DNA of 64,000 nt from an uncultured Rivularia sp. (GTDB taxonomy: Bacteria > Cyanobacteriota > Cyanobacteriia > Cyanobacteriales > Nostocaceae), in the NCBI GenBank assembly GCA_963665115.1, contig OY762007.1, forward strand, positions 7,424,001 to 7,488,000, in the 5' to 3' direction. The notes under the pieces are model-generated. The model saw only the letters and a program-made list of their open reading frames with translations, searched no databases and was not told the origin of the DNA. The translations under genes and the position numbers were made by a program. Below, piece after piece: positions 62,023 to 64,000 of the stretch; position 1 is the stretch's first letter, and the number at the start of each line of letters is the position of its first letter.

Positions 62023-63054
62023 ATGACATTTTCTAAAACTATTAGCGACAGCGTTGGTTACTCTAAAAGCGTTGAAAGTAGGTTACAAGTACAACATTTG
62101 CCTCAATACAAGCCTAAAGCGGCCTCTTCTGCCGGAAGCGATGTGGTTAAAGGGTTGACTCAGACACCTAAATATCTTTCTCCGCACTATTTGTATGACG
62201 ATCGTGGTTCTGAGTTGTTTGAAGAGATTTGTGAATTACCAGAATATTACGTTACCAGAACCGAAGCTGCGATTTTACAAGCCTGTGCTGAAGAAATAGC
62301 TCAAATAACTGGTGCTTGTGAGTTCGTTGAACTTGGTAGCGGTAGCTCTACTAAAACTCGCGTTTTATTAGATGCTTACCAAAAACTCGGACTTCCCTTA
62401 CATTATTTACCAATTGATGTAAGTGCCGGTATTTTGGAAGCAAGCGCCAGACAACTTTTGGTAGATTATCCTTCGTTAAAAGTTCACGCATTAGCTGGAA
62501 CTTACGAACAAGCGCTAGGAGAGTTGGAACGAAGCGAATTACCCACCCGCATGATTGGCTTTATCGGTAGCAGTTTGGGTAATTTGACTCCTAAGCAGTG
62601 CGAAGATTTTCTTTCTCATATCACTGCCGGTTTGCAGTTGGGAGAGTATTTCTTATTAGGCGTAGATTTACAAAAGCCCAAAGATATTTTAGAAGCTGCT
62701 TACAATGATTCTGCGGGAGTAACTGCTGATTTCAATCTTAATGTGTTAGACCATTTAAATCGCCGCTTTAACGGTAACTTTGAGCGAACTAAGTTTGAGC
62801 ATTGGACATTTTATAACGAGACAAAACATCAAATTGAAACCTATTTGCGTTCTTTAGAACCTCAAACCGCAGAATTAAAGGATCTCAACCTCAAGCTTAA
62901 CTTTGAAAAAGGCGAGACTATTCATACCGAGATTTCTCGTAAATTTGATATTAATGGTATTCAAGAATTACTTCAAACCAAAGGTTTAGTTACACAAAAA
63001 GTGTGGACTGACGAGAATCAATGGTTTGCATTAATACTTTCTAAGCTTACTTAA
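62023..63054 (+). CDS. egtD: L-histidine N-alpha-methyltransferase
   Basis: YDDRGSELFEEICELPEYY, ELGSGSSTKT, AYNDSAGVTADFN, HTEISRKF; GGAG RBS before ATG at 62023. Confidence 0.95.
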   Translation: MTFSKTISDSVGYSKSVESRLQVQHLPQYKPKAASSAGSDVVKGLTQTPKYLSPHYLYDDRGSELFEEICELPEYYVTRTEAAILQACAEEIAQITGACEFVELGSGSSTKTRVLLDAYQKLGLPLHYLPIDVSAGILEASARQLLVDYPSLKVHALAGTYEQALGELERSELPTRMIGFIGSSLGNLTPKQCEDFLSHITAGLQLGEYFLLGVDLQKPKDILEAAYNDSAGVTADFNLNVLDHLNRRFNGNFERTKFEHWTFYNETKHQIETYLRSLEPQTAELKDLNLKLNFEKGETIHTEISRKFDINGIQELLQTKGLVTQKVWTDENQWFALILSKLT

Positions 63055-63061
63055 ATAAAAG

Positions 63062-63086
63062 GGTGGGCATTGTTTTTATGCCCACC
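63062..63086. terminator. Stem-loop after egtD
   Basis: GGTGGGCAT-TGTTTTT-ATGCCCACC. Confidence 0.6.
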
Positions 63087-63222
63087 TGATTCTAATTGTA
63101 GAGTGTGTTACGGCGCGTAGAATATTGAAGGTAAATTAATATATAAATCCTGCCGTAACGCACCATCGATAAATCCACTGCTTTACGGCATTAATCAAAA
63201 ATAGAACAATGCAGCCTAAAAG

Positions 63223-64000
63223 TTAAAAACAAGCGAGTAAATCATAATGTGAATTTAAACCTAATAAATATGAATCATAAGAATTGATAATTTTTTGTTG
63301 TCTAAAAATATCAATTTCTTGAATAATCTTGCTATTTCTAGAAATAAATAAAGAAAAATTATGATCGTATGACACACAAAAATCTCTTCTAAACGTATAT
63401 AGCGCTTCCCGGTCTATCGAGGTACATCTTAAAACCTCACCCCCAACCCCTCTCCTTATTAAGGAGAGGGGAGATAAAGAAAGCTGTACTTCACCAGATT
63501 GAGAAACGCTATATAACCATTCAGTGACATCAAGAAAACTTTGAAGATAAATCAAATCAGAATAGTTTGACTGTTCATTTTCCGTATGAATTAATATATT
63601 TACAAGTTTTTTTAAATCAGTATTTTGGGATATCCAGTAGGCTCTGTCACTTGATGAGAACCTTCCTAATTTAGAAATCAATTCACTAGATATCAATTCA
63701 AAAAATAATTTTTCTTCTGTTTGTAGTTCGTATACATTCCACTTACGGCAATATTCAGGAATATCTAATCTCTGAATGACTTTATGTTTTTCTAAATATT
63801 CATTCAATAGTGAATTTTGTTTTGCATCGATATTTGTCAGGAAGTAAGGAGAATAAATATTGCAGTTGCAGGCTTCCCAAACTTCACCCACTGTATCAAT
63901 ATTTTCTTCAAATAAGATAGCTTTGGTAATATCGCTAAAATTATGAGATACATTATATGAACTGATTAATAAATCACATAAACTATCATCTATCGGCATT
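63223..64000 (-). CDS. Hypothetical protein (5' end may lie beyond the window) carrying an in-frame MITE
   Basis: 258-codon open frame, AT-rich, no recognised family. Confidence 0.6.
   Translation of the reverse strand, partial: MPIDDSLCDLLISSYNVSHNFSDITKAILFEENIDTVGEVWEACNCNIYSPYFLTNIDAKQNSLLNEYLEKHKVIQRLDIPEYCRKWNVYELQTEEKLFFELISSELISKLGRFSSSDRAYWISQNTDLKKLVNILIHTENEQSNYSDLIYLQSFLDVTEWLYSVSQSGEVQLSLSPLSLIRRGVGGEVLRCTSIDREALYTFRRDFCVSYDHNFSLFISRNSKIIQEIDIFRQQKIINSYDSYLLGLNSHYDLLACF
63400..63511. mobile_element. 112-bp MITE with about 27-bp TIRs and TA target duplication, inserted in frame
   Basis: TAGCGCTTCCCGGTCTATCGAGGTACA … TGTACTTCACCAGATTGAGAAACGCTA, TA on both sides, internal CCCCTCTCCTT-ATT-AAGGAGAGGGG hairpin. 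Confidence 0.9.

Noticed and set aside
59812..63054. Novel sulfur or selenium metabolite cluster
   Set aside because: Gene set and motifs match the known cyanobacterial egtC-egtB-egtD ergothioneine cluster; no selenophosphate synthetase or glycosyltransferase gene alongside

Overview
AT-rich chromosomal window from a filamentous cyanobacterium, probably heterocyst-forming (Rivularia/Calothrix-like). The evidence is frequent HIP1 GCGATCGC sites, STRR-type heptamer arrays, chlM and an NtcA box before amt1. Housekeeping genes include a MATE exporter, an Eis-like acetyltransferase, two AI-2E transporters, alkaline phosphatase, ispH, amtB, amt1, purE, nagA, chlM and egtC-egtB-egtD. They are mixed with signalling genes (a CBS-PAS hybrid kinase, an OmpR regulator, two tandem Ser/Thr kinase-ATPase-GAF-His kinase giants and a REC-His kinase) and several accessory modules. 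I saw no rRNA, tRNA, CRISPR array, transposase or integrase. Main observations: (1) an exported protein with about 21 near-identical 34-aa TPRs, variable at the same few positions, fused to a trypsin-like protease and followed by two unknown envelope genes; (2) a CspA-like subtilase followed by a small gene resembling a free-standing copy of its propeptide; (3) one hairpin mini-element family translated in frame inside four proteins, including a complete 112-bp MITE with a TA duplication that adds exactly 38 codons; (4) ten +1 frameshifts, including in ispH and chlM, which are very probably sequencing errors. Six or seven of those frameshifts turn GAAC/GTTC into GAAAC/GTTTC, which may be the footprint of a DNA modification such as phosphorothioation. 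All family assignments come from motif recognition by eye; no database searches were run.
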